Assembly (NCBI GenBank): GCA_041640595.1
Contig: JBEPZY010000005.1
Span: forward strand, 192,001 to 256,000
DNA: 64,000 nucleotides
Direction: 5' to 3'
Source of the DNA: Gemmatales bacterium
GTDB lineage: Bacteria; Planctomycetota; Planctomycetia; Gemmatales; HRBIN36
Both the position numbers and the translations under genes were made by a program. Below the pieces are notes generated by a model. The model was not told the origin of the DNA, did no database searches, and saw only the letters and a list, made by a program, of their open reading frames with translations. Shown here in pieces: positions 40,645-50,684 of the stretch. Every line of letters begins with the position of its first letter. Position 1 is the stretch's first letter.

Positions 40645-41439
40645 GTGTACGTCGAAACGACCGGTGGACGCATTTACTGTGAAGTGGAAGGAGAAGGCCA
40701 GCCTATTGTGCTCGTACATGGTCTGGGGGCCACCAGCAACGTCTGGTACGGCATTCGCAACGTACTCAAACGACAATTTCGTGTGGTTGTGCTCGACTTG
40801 CCTGGTTCAGGCCGATCCGAAAAGCGTCAGCCGCATTACACGTTCCCGTCGTGGTGTAGCCAGCTCCACGAACTGGCCGAGCATCTGCAATTACCTCGCC
40901 TGGTGCTGGTTGGGCATTCGATGGGAACAGTGCTGGTGCAGCTTTTCGCCGCAACTTACCCGCAACGCGTTGCCGGCCTGGTGTTGTGCGGGCCGATAAT
41001 CGAGCTCTCGGAGACCCGCAAAGAGCTTTTCCGCAAACGCATCGAAGCGGTCTTGCGTGAGGGAATGCTGGCGGTTGCCGATGGAGTGGTTACAGGGGCG
41101 TTGACGGCGGCCACACGCGAAAGTGCCTCGCCCTTGCCCGGGTTGGTGCGGGAAATGCTGCTGGCAAACGACCCCGTGCATTATGCGGCTCAGTGTCGCG
41201 CACTGGTGGAAGGATCGGCTCGCGCTGCACTGCCGCAAATCCGTTGCCCGTTACTTATTCTGGAGGGCGATCAGGACACAGTTACGCCGCTGACCACCTG
41301 CCAGGAGATTCTGGCCGTTTTACCGCAGGCACAATTGCGCATCCTGCCTCACACCGGCCACTGGACCATGCTCGAACGACCGGAATTGGTCACCGCTGCC
41401 TTGCTGGAATTTCTGCCGAAATGTTTTGCCCCGGCGTAA
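40645..41439 (+). CDS. Alpha/beta fold hydrolase
   Basis: VHGLG, DLPGSGRS, GHSMG, GDQD and GH. The GTG start is chosen behind an SD (CAGGAG). Confidence 0.9.
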   Translation: MYVETTGGRIYCEVEGEGQPIVLVHGLGATSNVWYGIRNVLKRQFRVVVLDLPGSGRSEKRQPHYTFPSWCSQLHELAEHLQLPRLVLVGHSMGTVLVQLFAATYPQRVAGLVLCGPIIELSETRKELFRKRIEAVLREGMLAVADGVVTGALTAATRESASPLPGLVREMLLANDPVHYAAQCRALVEGSARAALPQIRCPLLILEGDQDTVTPLTTCQEILAVLPQAQLRILPHTGHWTMLERPELVTAALLEFLPKCFAPA

Positions 41440-41486
41440 AATCACTGAGAATGAGTACGGGGAGCTAAAATTCGGCGTCTGGAACA

Positions 41487-44400
41487 ATGGCCGGCGTCCA
41501 AATGCAGTCTCTGGAAGACGCACGCGAATGGTTGGAGCGATGTCGCATCCGGCAACCCGTGCGCGCCTGGCAAAACCTTGGCAGCTTGCAACGTAACTTA
41601 GGAACTGAGCGATTTCAGGAGTTAATCGAGCCGCTTTTTCGTTTTTTGCCGCGCTGTCCGGACCCGGATATGGCTTTGAATAACCTGGATCGGTTCCTTG
41701 CTCAGCCACGTGGTGCTGCCCAGCTGGAAACACTTCTGGATGGCATGGCCAGGCGGTTGGAGACGGTGCTGCAACTTTTTAGCACTAGCCAGTATTTTAG
41801 CGACCTGTTGACCAGCCATCCGGAAGACCTGGAAATGCTCTGGGTGCCGTTACGGCGAACCCCCCAGCGCGAGGAACTGCGTGCCCAGTTGCAAGCCGAA
41901 GTGGACGCCGCGTTTGAAGATTCAGCGGTCTTACGCGCCTTTCGCCGGTACCGGCAGCGGCAGCTTCTGCGTATCGGCACCAACGACATTATCCGCGATC
42001 GGCCACTCGAAGAAATCACCCTCGACATTTCCACGGTGGCAGAAGTCGCCGTCGAAGTCGCCCTGCAAACCGCCCTGCGACACATCCAGCAGCGTTTCGG
42101 CGAACCGGTGGATCTCTACGGCAATCCAGGTCGCTGCGTGGTGCTGGCGTTCGGTAAACTCGGCGGCGAGGAACTCAACTATAGCAGCGACATTGACATT
42201 ATGTTGATTTACAGCGAGGAGGGACAAACCCGTAGCCGTGCTCCGATTACCTTGAGCGAATTTTACAGCCGCGTGGTGACCGAGCTGGTGCGCCTCTTAA
42301 CCGCCCATCCTCCCGCCTATCGCGTGGATCTGCGTTTGCGACCGGAAGGCCATCATGGACCGTTGGCGCGTTCGCTGGCCAGCACCCTGACTTATTACGA
42401 TACGCTCGGCCGAACCTGGGAACGTCAGGCCCTTATTAAAATCCGACCCATTGCTGGCGACATGATCCTCGGCCAGCAGTTCCTCCAGAATATAGAACCA
42501 TTCGTGTACCGCAAATATCTCTCTTTTTCCGAGATCAATGAGATCAAGGCGATTAAGCGCCGCATAGACCGCAAGACAAGCCTGGCCGGTGCCGAAGACC
42601 TGGACGTCAAAACCGGCAAAGGCGGTATTCGTGATATTGAGTTTGTCATTCAGTTCCTGCAATTAGCAAACGGGGGCGATTTACCTGCTATTCGGCAACG
42701 AAACACTCTCAAGGCCATCGAGGCCCTCGAACAAGCCGGATGTCTCACCGATCAGGAAAGCCGATGCCTGGCAGATAATTATCGCTTCCTTCGTAAGCTG
42801 GAGCACCGCTTGCAACTCATGTTTGATTTGCAAACGCATCGTTTACCGCAAAACCAGGATGAATTACACAGGTTAGCCTTGCGTATGGGTTACGACGATG
42901 GGCCCGGTGGCCAGGCACTGTTGCATTTTTTACGCGATTATCGTGAAAAGACCGAATTGAATCGCACTGTCCTTAACCATTTGCTACAGGACGCATTTCA
43001 AAGTCCGGAAGTTGTTAGTGGCCCTGAAGCGGACTTGATTCTCGATCCCGATCCCGAACCGGAAGTGATACGACAGGTTCTAAGTAGATATCCCTTCCGC
43101 GACTGGGAAGCCGCTTATAAGAACTTGCAATTACTGGCGCAGGAACCGGTGCCGTTCATTTCATCCAGGCGTTGCCGCTATTTCCTGGCGCGGATTGCAG
43201 CACCTCTGTTGCAGGCGTTATCCGAAGCCCCCGACCCGGACATGGCTCTGGTGAACCTCGAAAAAGTGACCGCTTCCCTCGGTGCCAAAGGCGTGCTCTG
43301 GGAATTGTTTAGTTACAATCCTCCCACTTTACGGTTGTATGTCGAGCTCTGCGCCTGGAGCCAGTTTCTCTCGAATATCCTGATCAATAACCCCGGCATG
43401 ATTGACGAATTATTAGACACACTGGTTCTCAATCAGCCGCGAACCTACGACCAACTGAAAGCAGAATTGGACGATCTCTGCCGTAACGCCGAGGACCCGG
43501 AGCTAATCTTGCATAGTTTCCGTGATAAAGAACTGTTGCGGATCGGAGTTTACGATATTCTCGGTAAGGAGCCGGTGCCCGCTACTCTCCAAGCCCTGAG
43601 CATCCTGGCAGAAGTCATCCTGAGTAAGGCGGCAGAACTGGCCTGGCATGATCGGATACAGCGTTTCGGTGTGCCCATTGTCCAGGCAGGGCCCCGCGCT
43701 GGTCAGATAGCAGCGTTTGTTCTACTTGGTTTAGGCAAGCTGGGTGGACGGGAGATGAGTTATAACAGCGACCTCGATGTGATTCTGGTTTATGAAAGCG
43801 ATGGCCATACCCGACCTCTAACCGCTGACGACAGAGAAGTGTTATTAGAAAAATCCACACTTGGCCGGGCACTGCCCAGGTCGGCGGATAGGTGTGAACC
43901 TACCGATAATTTCCACTTCTTTAGTGAGATGGCACAACGCCTGATTCGCATTCTTGGTCAGCATGGCCCTTATGGAAAGCTATATACGGTGGATATGCGG
44001 CTACGCCCGACGGGACGTTCGGGAAGCTTAGTGGTACCGCTGGACGAATTTCGCCGTTACTATGAAAGCGCAGCGGCCCAACTCTGGGAACGGCAAGCGC
44101 TGACGCGAGCTCGCGTAGTTTACGGCGACCCGACATTGGCCAGTGAGGTGATGCGCGTGATTCACCAGGCAGTTTATGCCTGGCCCTGGAAACCGGAATA
44201 TATCGAGGAAATGCGATCCATGCGACGACGTTTGCAGGAAAGTCGGCCCCAGCGCGATTTCAAGCGTGGCTTCGGTGGCATTGTGGATATCGAATTCTAC
44301 GTGCAACTTTATCAAATCCGCTACGGTCGGCAGTATCCTGCTTTGCAGACCCCGAACGTTCGCCAGTCGCTGTATGCCCTGGAATCTTCGGGGTTGGTTC

Positions 44401-44660
44401 CGCTGAGTGAGGTGAGTGAACTGCGGGAACATTATGACTTTCTCCGTCGTGTAGAAAGTCGGCTGCGGATCGTACACGACTTATCTCAGGATGAGTTACC
44501 TGCCCGTGCGGAGGATATCGAAAAACTTGCTCGCCGGCTCGGTTATGAATCACACGGTGCTGCTTCCGCCGGAGAACAATTCCTTCGTGAAATGGAACAG
44601 CGCACGACACGCACCCGCCAGATTTTCAATCTGGCCTTAGACCGCGAAAAGAAGCGCTAA
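41487..44660 (+). CDS. glnE: Bifunctional glutamine synthetase adenylyltransferase/deadenylyltransferase
   Basis: Two nucleotidyltransferase domains, GKLGGEELNYSSDID and GKLGGREMSYNSDLD, each with VDxRLRPxG, WERQA and GGIxDIEF. Confidence 0.95.
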   Translation: MAGVQMQSLEDAREWLERCRIRQPVRAWQNLGSLQRNLGTERFQELIEPLFRFLPRCPDPDMALNNLDRFLAQPRGAAQLETLLDGMARRLETVLQLFSTSQYFSDLLTSHPEDLEMLWVPLRRTPQREELRAQLQAEVDAAFEDSAVLRAFRRYRQRQLLRIGTNDIIRDRPLEEITLDISTVAEVAVEVALQTALRHIQQRFGEPVDLYGNPGRCVVLAFGKLGGEELNYSSDIDIMLIYSEEGQTRSRAPITLSEFYSRVVTELVRLLTAHPPAYRVDLRLRPEGHHGPLARSLASTLTYYDTLGRTWERQALIKIRPIAGDMILGQQFLQNIEPFVYRKYLSFSEINEIKAIKRRIDRKTSLAGAEDLDVKTGKGGIRDIEFVIQFLQLANGGDLPAIRQRNTLKAIEALEQAGCLTDQESRCLADNYRFLRKLEHRLQLMFDLQTHRLPQNQDELHRLALRMGYDDGPGGQALLHFLRDYREKTELNRTVLNHLLQDAFQSPEVVSGPEADLILDPDPEPEVIRQVLSRYPFRDWEAAYKNLQLLAQEPVPFISSRRCRYFLARIAAPLLQALSEAPDPDMALVNLEKVTASLGAKGVLWELFSYNPPTLRLYVELCAWSQFLSNILINNPGMIDELLDTLVLNQPRTYDQLKAELDDLCRNAEDPELILHSFRDKELLRIGVYDILGKEPVPATLQALSILAEVILSKAAELAWHDRIQRFGVPIVQAGPRAGQIAAFVLLGLGKLGGREMSYNSDLDVILVYESDGHTRPLTADDREVLLEKSTLGRALPRSADRCEPTDNFHFFSEMAQRLIRILGQHGPYGKLYTVDMRLRPTGRSGSLVVPLDEFRRYYESAAAQLWERQALTRARVVYGDPTLASEVMRVIHQAVYAWPWKPEYIEEMRSMRRRLQESRPQRDFKRGFGGIVDIEFYVQLYQIRYGRQYPALQTPNVRQSLYALESSGLVPLSEVSELREHYDFLRRVESRLRIVHDLSQDELPARAEDIEKLARRLGYESHGAASAGEQFLREMEQRTTRTRQIFNLALDREKKR

Positions 44661-44887
44661 TCCGAATGATCGCAGAAATTGTTGCAGGCAGTGTTTCTGG
44701 CCCAATACTAATAAATGGCGTTCCCATCGAGTTAAGTTCCAGGTTGACATTTCATGCCATGCTTGACAATCACGCGGCCATCGGCCAAGATAAAATAAGA
44801 AAGCTAATCTCGTGCCTATAAGGCGAGGAGAGCCTGATTAGAACGTTGATGCCCACGATGAGCTACTACACTGACGGAGGAAGCGCC

Positions 44888-45595
44888 ATGAAGGATGGGC
44901 ACATGCACCTCGGGGTAGAGACTTTGGAGGATCGTTGCGTTCCCGCCGGGGTGGTACGCACGAGCTTTGTGCGGGGTTTATTCACCTTAACTGGCGACAA
45001 TCTCAATAACAGCGTCCGTCTGCAGTTCGGTAGCACTGGCAGAACACTTAGTGTCATTGGCCTCGATAACACGGTTATTGCTGGCCCTAACTTCGGTAAT
45101 GGTGTCCGCGACATTCGCATTAATATGCAGGGTGGTAACGACCTGGTTCTTATCTGGAACGGTAATATCGCCGGCAGTATCAGTATGGACATGGGTCAGG
45201 GTAGCGACCGTGTGATTCTCGGTTACACGACCATCGGCAATAAACTCACGATCACCGACCCTCTTGGTACGACAGAGGTGGCAATCACGGTAACGACTGT
45301 TCGAAATTCATCTGCAATACTCACCGGTTCGAGCGACGACAGGATTACAGTGGTGCAGTCGAATTTCCGCGGACCTTTCTTGCTCAACACTGGTAACGGT
45401 GTCGATACTGTTACCTTTACGGGTACTAACTTCGACGGTAGCTTTTTGGGATTGTTAGGAGACGGGAATGATACGATTACGCTTTCGAATTGTTTCTTTG
45501 GCCAACCCGGCGTTTTGGATGGCGGCAACGGTAACGACACACTATCCATTCCGACCGCTGTTATTGGTACACCGGCGACGATCGGCATACCATGA
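44888..45595 (+). CDS. Planctomycete extracellular protein with LEPRxLL-type leader and GxGxD repeats
   Basis: LGVETLEDRCVPA leader and repeated (T/M/L)GxGxDxV/I beta-solenoid motifs. An SD (GGAGG) lies upstream. Confidence 0.75.
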   Translation: MKDGHMHLGVETLEDRCVPAGVVRTSFVRGLFTLTGDNLNNSVRLQFGSTGRTLSVIGLDNTVIAGPNFGNGVRDIRINMQGGNDLVLIWNGNIAGSISMDMGQGSDRVILGYTTIGNKLTITDPLGTTEVAITVTTVRNSSAILTGSSDDRITVVQSNFRGPFLLNTGNGVDTVTFTGTNFDGSFLGLLGDGNDTITLSNCFFGQPGVLDGGNGNDTLSIPTAVIGTPATIGIP

Positions 45596-45612
45596 TAGTG
45601 ATCGGCTGTCCG

Positions 45613-47631
45613 CTAATCGAAAACAGTAAGGCGCCGGCCTCGTAAGTGAGCAGCAGTGGCAACAGCCTCCTGCGTGGAGAGGCGTTGGTGCACAATCAGG
45701 TGAATAGCCTGGGCGATAACAGCAGGATCGTCTTCACCGCAAAAGAGGACATTACGGCCGATAAGGCATCCTCGAATGTTAGGGCCTGCTCCCAGCCCTC
45801 GCTCCATATCTAACACAGTTAGCACCGGTTTGCCGGTCGCTTCTCCACCTAATAAAAGCACCGGCAGTGTGGTCGCTTTGGCAACGCGTGCGAAATCCTC
45901 GCAATAGGGAATTTTCAGCCAGATCCGGCCAGAATAATAACCCAAAGCGCTGGCGATACCGACAGCTTTTATGATATTGTCCGGGTTCAGGTCAGTTCTG
46001 TATCCACTCTCGGTTTTCTGTACGGGCAAGGGTTCGACGAAAGCTGGCAGGCCGAGATCGGCCAGTTCTTCCACAGCGCGGGCAACTCGTTCCAGGGTTT
46101 CCAGGGCATAACGATCATTTTTCTCGCCTTGCGGAACCCAGCGCCATAGCAACTTTCCGCCATCTAAATTCATCTCCTTGATTCGTTTGCCGGTCATATA
46201 ACTGGAAGGCCTATCCATCATTTCGTGTTCTGTTCCGGCTAGGCCGGTTCGATTCATGCTCCCGATTAATACCTTATTATCAAGGAAACTACGGCCAGTA
46301 CGTTCTCGCACCAGATAATTTAGCAAGGCAACGTCATCTATCACGTCGCTGGTTGCCATGAGCCCGTCAATGTCGCTGGCCAGTAAACAACGCGCAATGC
46401 GGCTCAGATAGTCGAGTCGGTGTCCCATGGCGGTAGGATGCTGGCCGACCCGGGTTACTCCCCGTGCTGGATGATCGGCTGCGAGAATTACTAATCTTCC
46501 GTCCGGTGCAAGGACGTTACGTCTTTTGCGGTTTTTCAGCTCTTCGAGGATCAATTCAGGTTTTTCCACGCGAAGCCTGGTGATTTCAGCAAAAACTTCT
46601 TCGGTCAGAAAATCCCGGGCCCGGAAGGCATAGCCCACAGGCAGGGCACTAACAACCTCCAGGCTATTAGCTGCCTCCTCTAATAATTCGTAGGCCACGC
46701 TAACCACGTGATTCGGTATTTCGGTACCTATCGGGCGAACGGCAATGCCGATGGGACCTGTGTAACCGACCTCGCTGAGGATGCGGAGGAATTCGGTCAG
46801 TTCTGAAGATTGAACCAGACTTCCTGGAACGCCGAAACGCGGATGAGTGTCACCACGCCGGTGAGGTTCACCGTCTGCTCCAACCGCGTTGGCAACGTGT
46901 ACCCAGAACAAAAATGGTGCAGCATGGGCGATGGATTGATAATTCTCCTGATTTAACCGTAGCCGACCACTATCGATACTTAGACCTAAATTGTCGTATC
47001 CTTCGCCGCGAAGTGTCTCGGTGATAGCGACGGCGCGAGCGATTGGTCCAACTAACTGATGCCGCCACAGTCCTGGTTCGGGTGAGCCACGATCGCATAC
47101 ACTCAAAACGAGCCGCAATTTCCTGGACCGTGCTTCTGCGGCCAGGCAACGCAGGGAGACTATCAAAGCTTGCTCAGCTTGTTGTTCGGTAATGGCGCTT
47201 TGAGCATCGTAAGGTTGCCCCGAAGCAGGATTGCGACCGCTGGCAACGAATAGGGTTCCCGCTCCATATTCCACAGCTTCATCCATGAGCCGAAGTATGC
47301 GATCTACTGCTCGCTGACGGTGGACCTGACTGAGACTAGATAAGTCTGCCGGATCCACTAAGTTTTCCTCGTTCGTCCATTGCACAGGTTCGCAGTGAAA
47401 GGCCACCTGTTTTCCGCTGTTTCGCAGACGGTCGGCCACCTGCTTACGCAGGGTTTTTGACTTCAACGAGGTCACTTCGATACAGGCAAAACGCTTGTCC
47501 TGCAGCACCCGATCCAGGTGCCGCAAGAGATAGTCTCCATCAATCAAGCTGCGCGACGCGCCATCAAGATTTCCCGGGCCTGGATATGCCATATAAAAGA
47601 CTAGTGAGCGGAGGTTTTTGTCGAGCGCCAT
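45613..47631 (-). CDS. Fusion of a sugar-phosphate isomerase/epimerase TIM barrel and a Cgl0159-like aldolase barrel
   Basis: The N-half is AP-endonuclease-2/xylose-isomerase-like (HVANAV..GDTHPRFG..GYTG). The C-half has AADHPARG, GSMNRxGL, GGKLL, EPLP, WLKIPY, TTLPVLLLGG and GRNVLF. Confidence 0.75.
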   Translation of the reverse strand: MALDKNLRSLVFYMAYPGPGNLDGASRSLIDGDYLLRHLDRVLQDKRFACIEVTSLKSKTLRKQVADRLRNSGKQVAFHCEPVQWTNEENLVDPADLSSLSQVHRQRAVDRILRLMDEAVEYGAGTLFVASGRNPASGQPYDAQSAITEQQAEQALIVSLRCLAAEARSRKLRLVLSVCDRGSPEPGLWRHQLVGPIARAVAITETLRGEGYDNLGLSIDSGRLRLNQENYQSIAHAAPFLFWVHVANAVGADGEPHRRGDTHPRFGVPGSLVQSSELTEFLRILSEVGYTGPIGIAVRPIGTEIPNHVVSVAYELLEEAANSLEVVSALPVGYAFRARDFLTEEVFAEITRLRVEKPELILEELKNRKRRNVLAPDGRLVILAADHPARGVTRVGQHPTAMGHRLDYLSRIARCLLASDIDGLMATSDVIDDVALLNYLVRERTGRSFLDNKVLIGSMNRTGLAGTEHEMMDRPSSYMTGKRIKEMNLDGGKLLWRWVPQGEKNDRYALETLERVARAVEELADLGLPAFVEPLPVQKTESGYRTDLNPDNIIKAVGIASALGYYSGRIWLKIPYCEDFARVAKATTLPVLLLGGEATGKPVLTVLDMERGLGAGPNIRGCLIGRNVLFCGEDDPAVIAQAIHLIVHQRLSTQEAVATAAHLRGRRLTVFD

Positions 47632-47900
47632 GGTTGATGTCCCGATGAGCGAAAATTTTGCCGTTGCCAAAATTTCTTTCCCTGACCGGAAGTGGTCACG
47701 TCGTGCTGGCTCATAGTAGTGGCTGATCAAATTCCGTCAAGTGGCCTGCACCGTGGATTGTCAAGCCGCTGGCTGTGAACGTGATGTGCACTCTGGCTCA
47801 ACAATTCGCGGTTTTAGTGGTGTGTGCGAAATCGTACTGCACATGGCGAAACCTTGTCGTTACTGCCTAAAATGTAACAGGTTTAGCATGGCCGTCCAGG

Positions 47901-50684
47901 ATGCCGAAACGCAAGGAATCCAATATGGCACAACGCGTGCGACCTCGAGAAACTGTCTATTTAGTGGACGCTTATTCGCTGATATTTCAGGTATTTCACG
48001 CTTTGCCGAGGATGACCAGTCCGCAAGGGATGCCGACCAATGCCATTTTCGGTTTTGGCGGTGATTTGTTGCGCCTGCGGCGAAAGAAACCGGATTACAT
48101 GATCGTCGTTCTAGATGCCCCCGGCAAAACGTTCCGCGAACAGATCTATGCCGACTATAAGGCTCAGCGTCCGCCCATGCCGGAGGACCTGCAGCAGCAG
48201 ATGCCCGTGATTCGGGATCTTGTCCACGCGCTAAACCTACCATTATTAGAGGTGCCTGGTTATGAAGCCGATGATGTGCTGGCCACCATTGCCCACCGTG
48301 CAGAAGCGGAGGGTAAGGAGGTTTTCATTTGCACCAACGACAAAGATTGCCGACAACTCATCACTGATCATGTTCGCATCTATAATGTGCGAAAGGACCT
48401 TATTTATGACCGGGAAGCTTTGCAGCGTGAATGGGGGATCACGCCCGAGCAAGTGGTTGATTTTTTGGCACTAATCGGCGACAGTGTGGATAATGTTCCG
48501 GGTGTGCCTGGTGTCGGACCAAAAACGGCAGCTAAGTTATTGCAGCAATTTCGAACCTTAGACAATTTGTTAGCTCATATTCAGGAGGTCAAACCGCCGC
48601 GGTTACAGCAAGCTTTGCAGCAACATGCTGAGGAAGTGCGAACAGCCCGTAGTCTGGTACGGCTAAGGCGCGATGTGCCTATTGACTTTCGTTGGGAAGA
48701 GTGGCGGCTAGCGAAGCCGCATATAGAACAGTTACGGAAACTTTTTCATGATGCTGGCATCAAGCGTTATGATAGCGAGCTGGAGGCCCTTGCCAGGGAG
48801 GATCCGCCTGGGGAGACAGGATTACTTTTCTCACTGGAACCCGAAAAAAGCTGGCAAGCTCGTTACGAACTAGTGGATACGGAAGAAAAATTCCAGGCAT
48901 TTATGGGAAGATTATCGCAAGCTACTAAATTCGCCCTTGACCTGGAAACGACTGGACTGAATCCAATGCGTGCTGATATTGTCGGTCTGGCATTCTGCTG
49001 GCAGGAGGGTGAGGCATATTACCTTCCTCTGCGTGGGCCACTAGGCCAGTCAGTATTGTCTCCCGATGGTGTATGGAAGGATCTCGCCCCGATCTTGCAA
49101 AGTTCCGAAGTCGGTAAGGTCAATCAAAATATCAAGTATGACTATGTGGTGTTGAAACGAGCCGGCATTGAATTGGCAGGGATTCAAGGGGACCCGATGA
49201 TCGCGGATTATCTCCTTGAAGCCGGGCACCGCCGTCATAACCTGGAAGACCTGTCACGCCGTTATTTAGAACACACTCCGATAGCGATAACAGAGCTGAT
49301 AGGTAAGCGGGGACGTGCCCAGAAAAGCATGGCAGATGTTGATACTCAGCGTGTAGCGGACTACGCTGCAGAAGACGCAGATCTGGCCTGGCGGCTCTGC
49401 GCGCTATTGGAACAAAAATTAGCCGAGCAGAATTTGGAGCGGTTGTATCGAGAGGTTGAAATCCCTCTTATTCCAGTGCTGGGAGATATGGAATATGCAG
49501 GTGTCGCTGTGGACGTAGGGATGTTGCGGCGACTAAGCCTGGAATATGCTCAACGCATGTCGGAACTGGAGGCAGAAATTTATCGTTTAGCGGGTCGGCG
49601 TTTCGCTATAAACTCCCTTGAGCAGCTTCGGCAAGTGTTATTCGATGAACTAAGATTGCCTTCGCTGCGAAAAACAGCCATTACCGGTGAGGAAAGCACC
49701 GCTCAGGATGTGCTGGAAGAATTGGCGGCGGCCGGGTATGAATTACCGCGACGTGTACTGGAATACCGGCAGTTGGCCAAGCTGCGAAGCACCTATTTAG
49801 ACGCCTTGCCACGTTTAGTTAATCCCCAAACCGGTCGGATTCACGCTTCTTTCAACCAGACGGTAACCGCCACAGGGCGACTAAGCTCGAGTAATCCCAA
49901 TCTCCAGAACATTCCGGTTCGTAGCGAGCTGGGTGAGCAAATCCGGCAAGCATTTATAGCACCTGCTGAAGATTGGTTGCTGTTGACGGCGGATTATTCC
50001 CAGATCGAGTTGCGTATATTAGCGCACTATTCCCGGGACGTGAATCTAGCCGAAGCATTCGCTCGAGACCAGGATATTCACGCGAGTGTGGCGGCTCAGG
50101 TATTTGGCGTGCCCATTGAACAGGTGACTAAAGAGCAGCGCCGTGTAGCGAAAACGATTAATTTCGGAATTATTTACGGTCTAAGCCCATACGGTCTGGC
50201 CCGGCGCCTCGGAATTTCGCAGGAGGAAGCAGGGCAGTTTATAGACGCTTATTTCGGTCGCTATCCGGGAGTGCTGGCGTTTCAGGAACAGGTGCTGGCT
50301 GAGTGTCGGGAGAAAGGTTACGTGAGTACGATACTAGGACGTCGGCGTGCTATTAGCGGAGTGCGCGCCGTGTCCAGTTACCGTCAACGCAATGCCCCGG
50401 AACGGGAAGCGCTCAACACTGTCATTCAAGGATCAGCTGCAGATTTAATCAAGGTGGCGATGGTGCGACTCTGGCAATGGTTGAAGCAAGGGGGATTCAA
50501 GGCGCGACTAATTTTGCAGATTCACGACGAATTGGTGTTAGAGGTTCCTCGCAACGAATTGCCGGAGGTAGCGCGACTGACGCAGGAAGCGATGACCGGC
50601 GCTCTAAGCTTAAGTGTGCCGCTCCGTGTTGACCTGGCGGCGGGACCGAATTGGTTGCAAGTGGAGCCGGTTGTAGTGAACTAA
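47901..50684 (+). CDS. polA: DNA polymerase I
   Basis: 5'-3' exonuclease (LVDAYS, YKAQR, EADD, GDSVDN), 3'-5' exonuclease (DLETTGL) and polymerase motifs [24 protein letters not shown] and QIHDEL. Confidence 0.97.
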   Translation: MPKRKESNMAQRVRPRETVYLVDAYSLIFQVFHALPRMTSPQGMPTNAIFGFGGDLLRLRRKKPDYMIVVLDAPGKTFREQIYADYKAQRPPMPEDLQQQMPVIRDLVHALNLPLLEVPGYEADDVLATIAHRAEAEGKEVFICTNDKDCRQLITDHVRIYNVRKDLIYDREALQREWGITPEQVVDFLALIGDSVDNVPGVPGVGPKTAAKLLQQFRTLDNLLAHIQEVKPPRLQQALQQHAEEVRTARSLVRLRRDVPIDFRWEEWRLAKPHIEQLRKLFHDAGIKRYDSELEALAREDPPGETGLLFSLEPEKSWQARYELVDTEEKFQAFMGRLSQATKFALDLETTGLNPMRADIVGLAFCWQEGEAYYLPLRGPLGQSVLSPDGVWKDLAPILQSSEVGKVNQNIKYDYVVLKRAGIELAGIQGDPMIADYLLEAGHRRHNLEDLSRRYLEHTPIAITELIGKRGRAQKSMADVDTQRVADYAAEDADLAWRLCALLEQKLAEQNLERLYREVEIPLIPVLGDMEYAGVAVDVGMLRRLSLEYAQRMSELEAEIYRLAGRRFAINSLEQLRQVLFDELRLPSLRKTAITGEESTAQDVLEELAAAGYELPRRVLEYRQLAKLRSTYLDALPRLVNPQTGRIHASFNQTVTATGRLSSSNPNLQNIPVRSELGEQIRQAFIAPAEDWLLLTADYSQIELRILAHYSRDVNLAEAFARDQDIHASVAAQVFGVPIEQVTKEQRRVAKTINFGIIYGLSPYGLARRLGISQEEAGQFIDAYFGRYPGVLAFQEQVLAECREKGYVSTILGRRRAISGVRAVSSYRQRNAPEREALNTVIQGSAADLIKVAMVRLWQWLKQGGFKARLILQIHDELVLEVPRNELPEVARLTQEAMTGALSLSVPLRVDLAAGPNWLQVEPVVVN

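Noticed and set aside
44744..44796. Two TTGACA hexamers 19 bp apart upstream of the extracellular protein gene
   Set aside because: There is no good -10 element at canonical spacing, so the evidence is too weak to call.
48485..48493. DnaA-box match TGTGGATAA and scattered near-matches
   Set aside because: The matches are isolated and lie mostly inside coding sequence, with no cluster indicating oriC.
50681..50684. 4-bp overlap of the convergent polA and leuS stops
   Set aside because: This is an ordinary feature of compact genomes.
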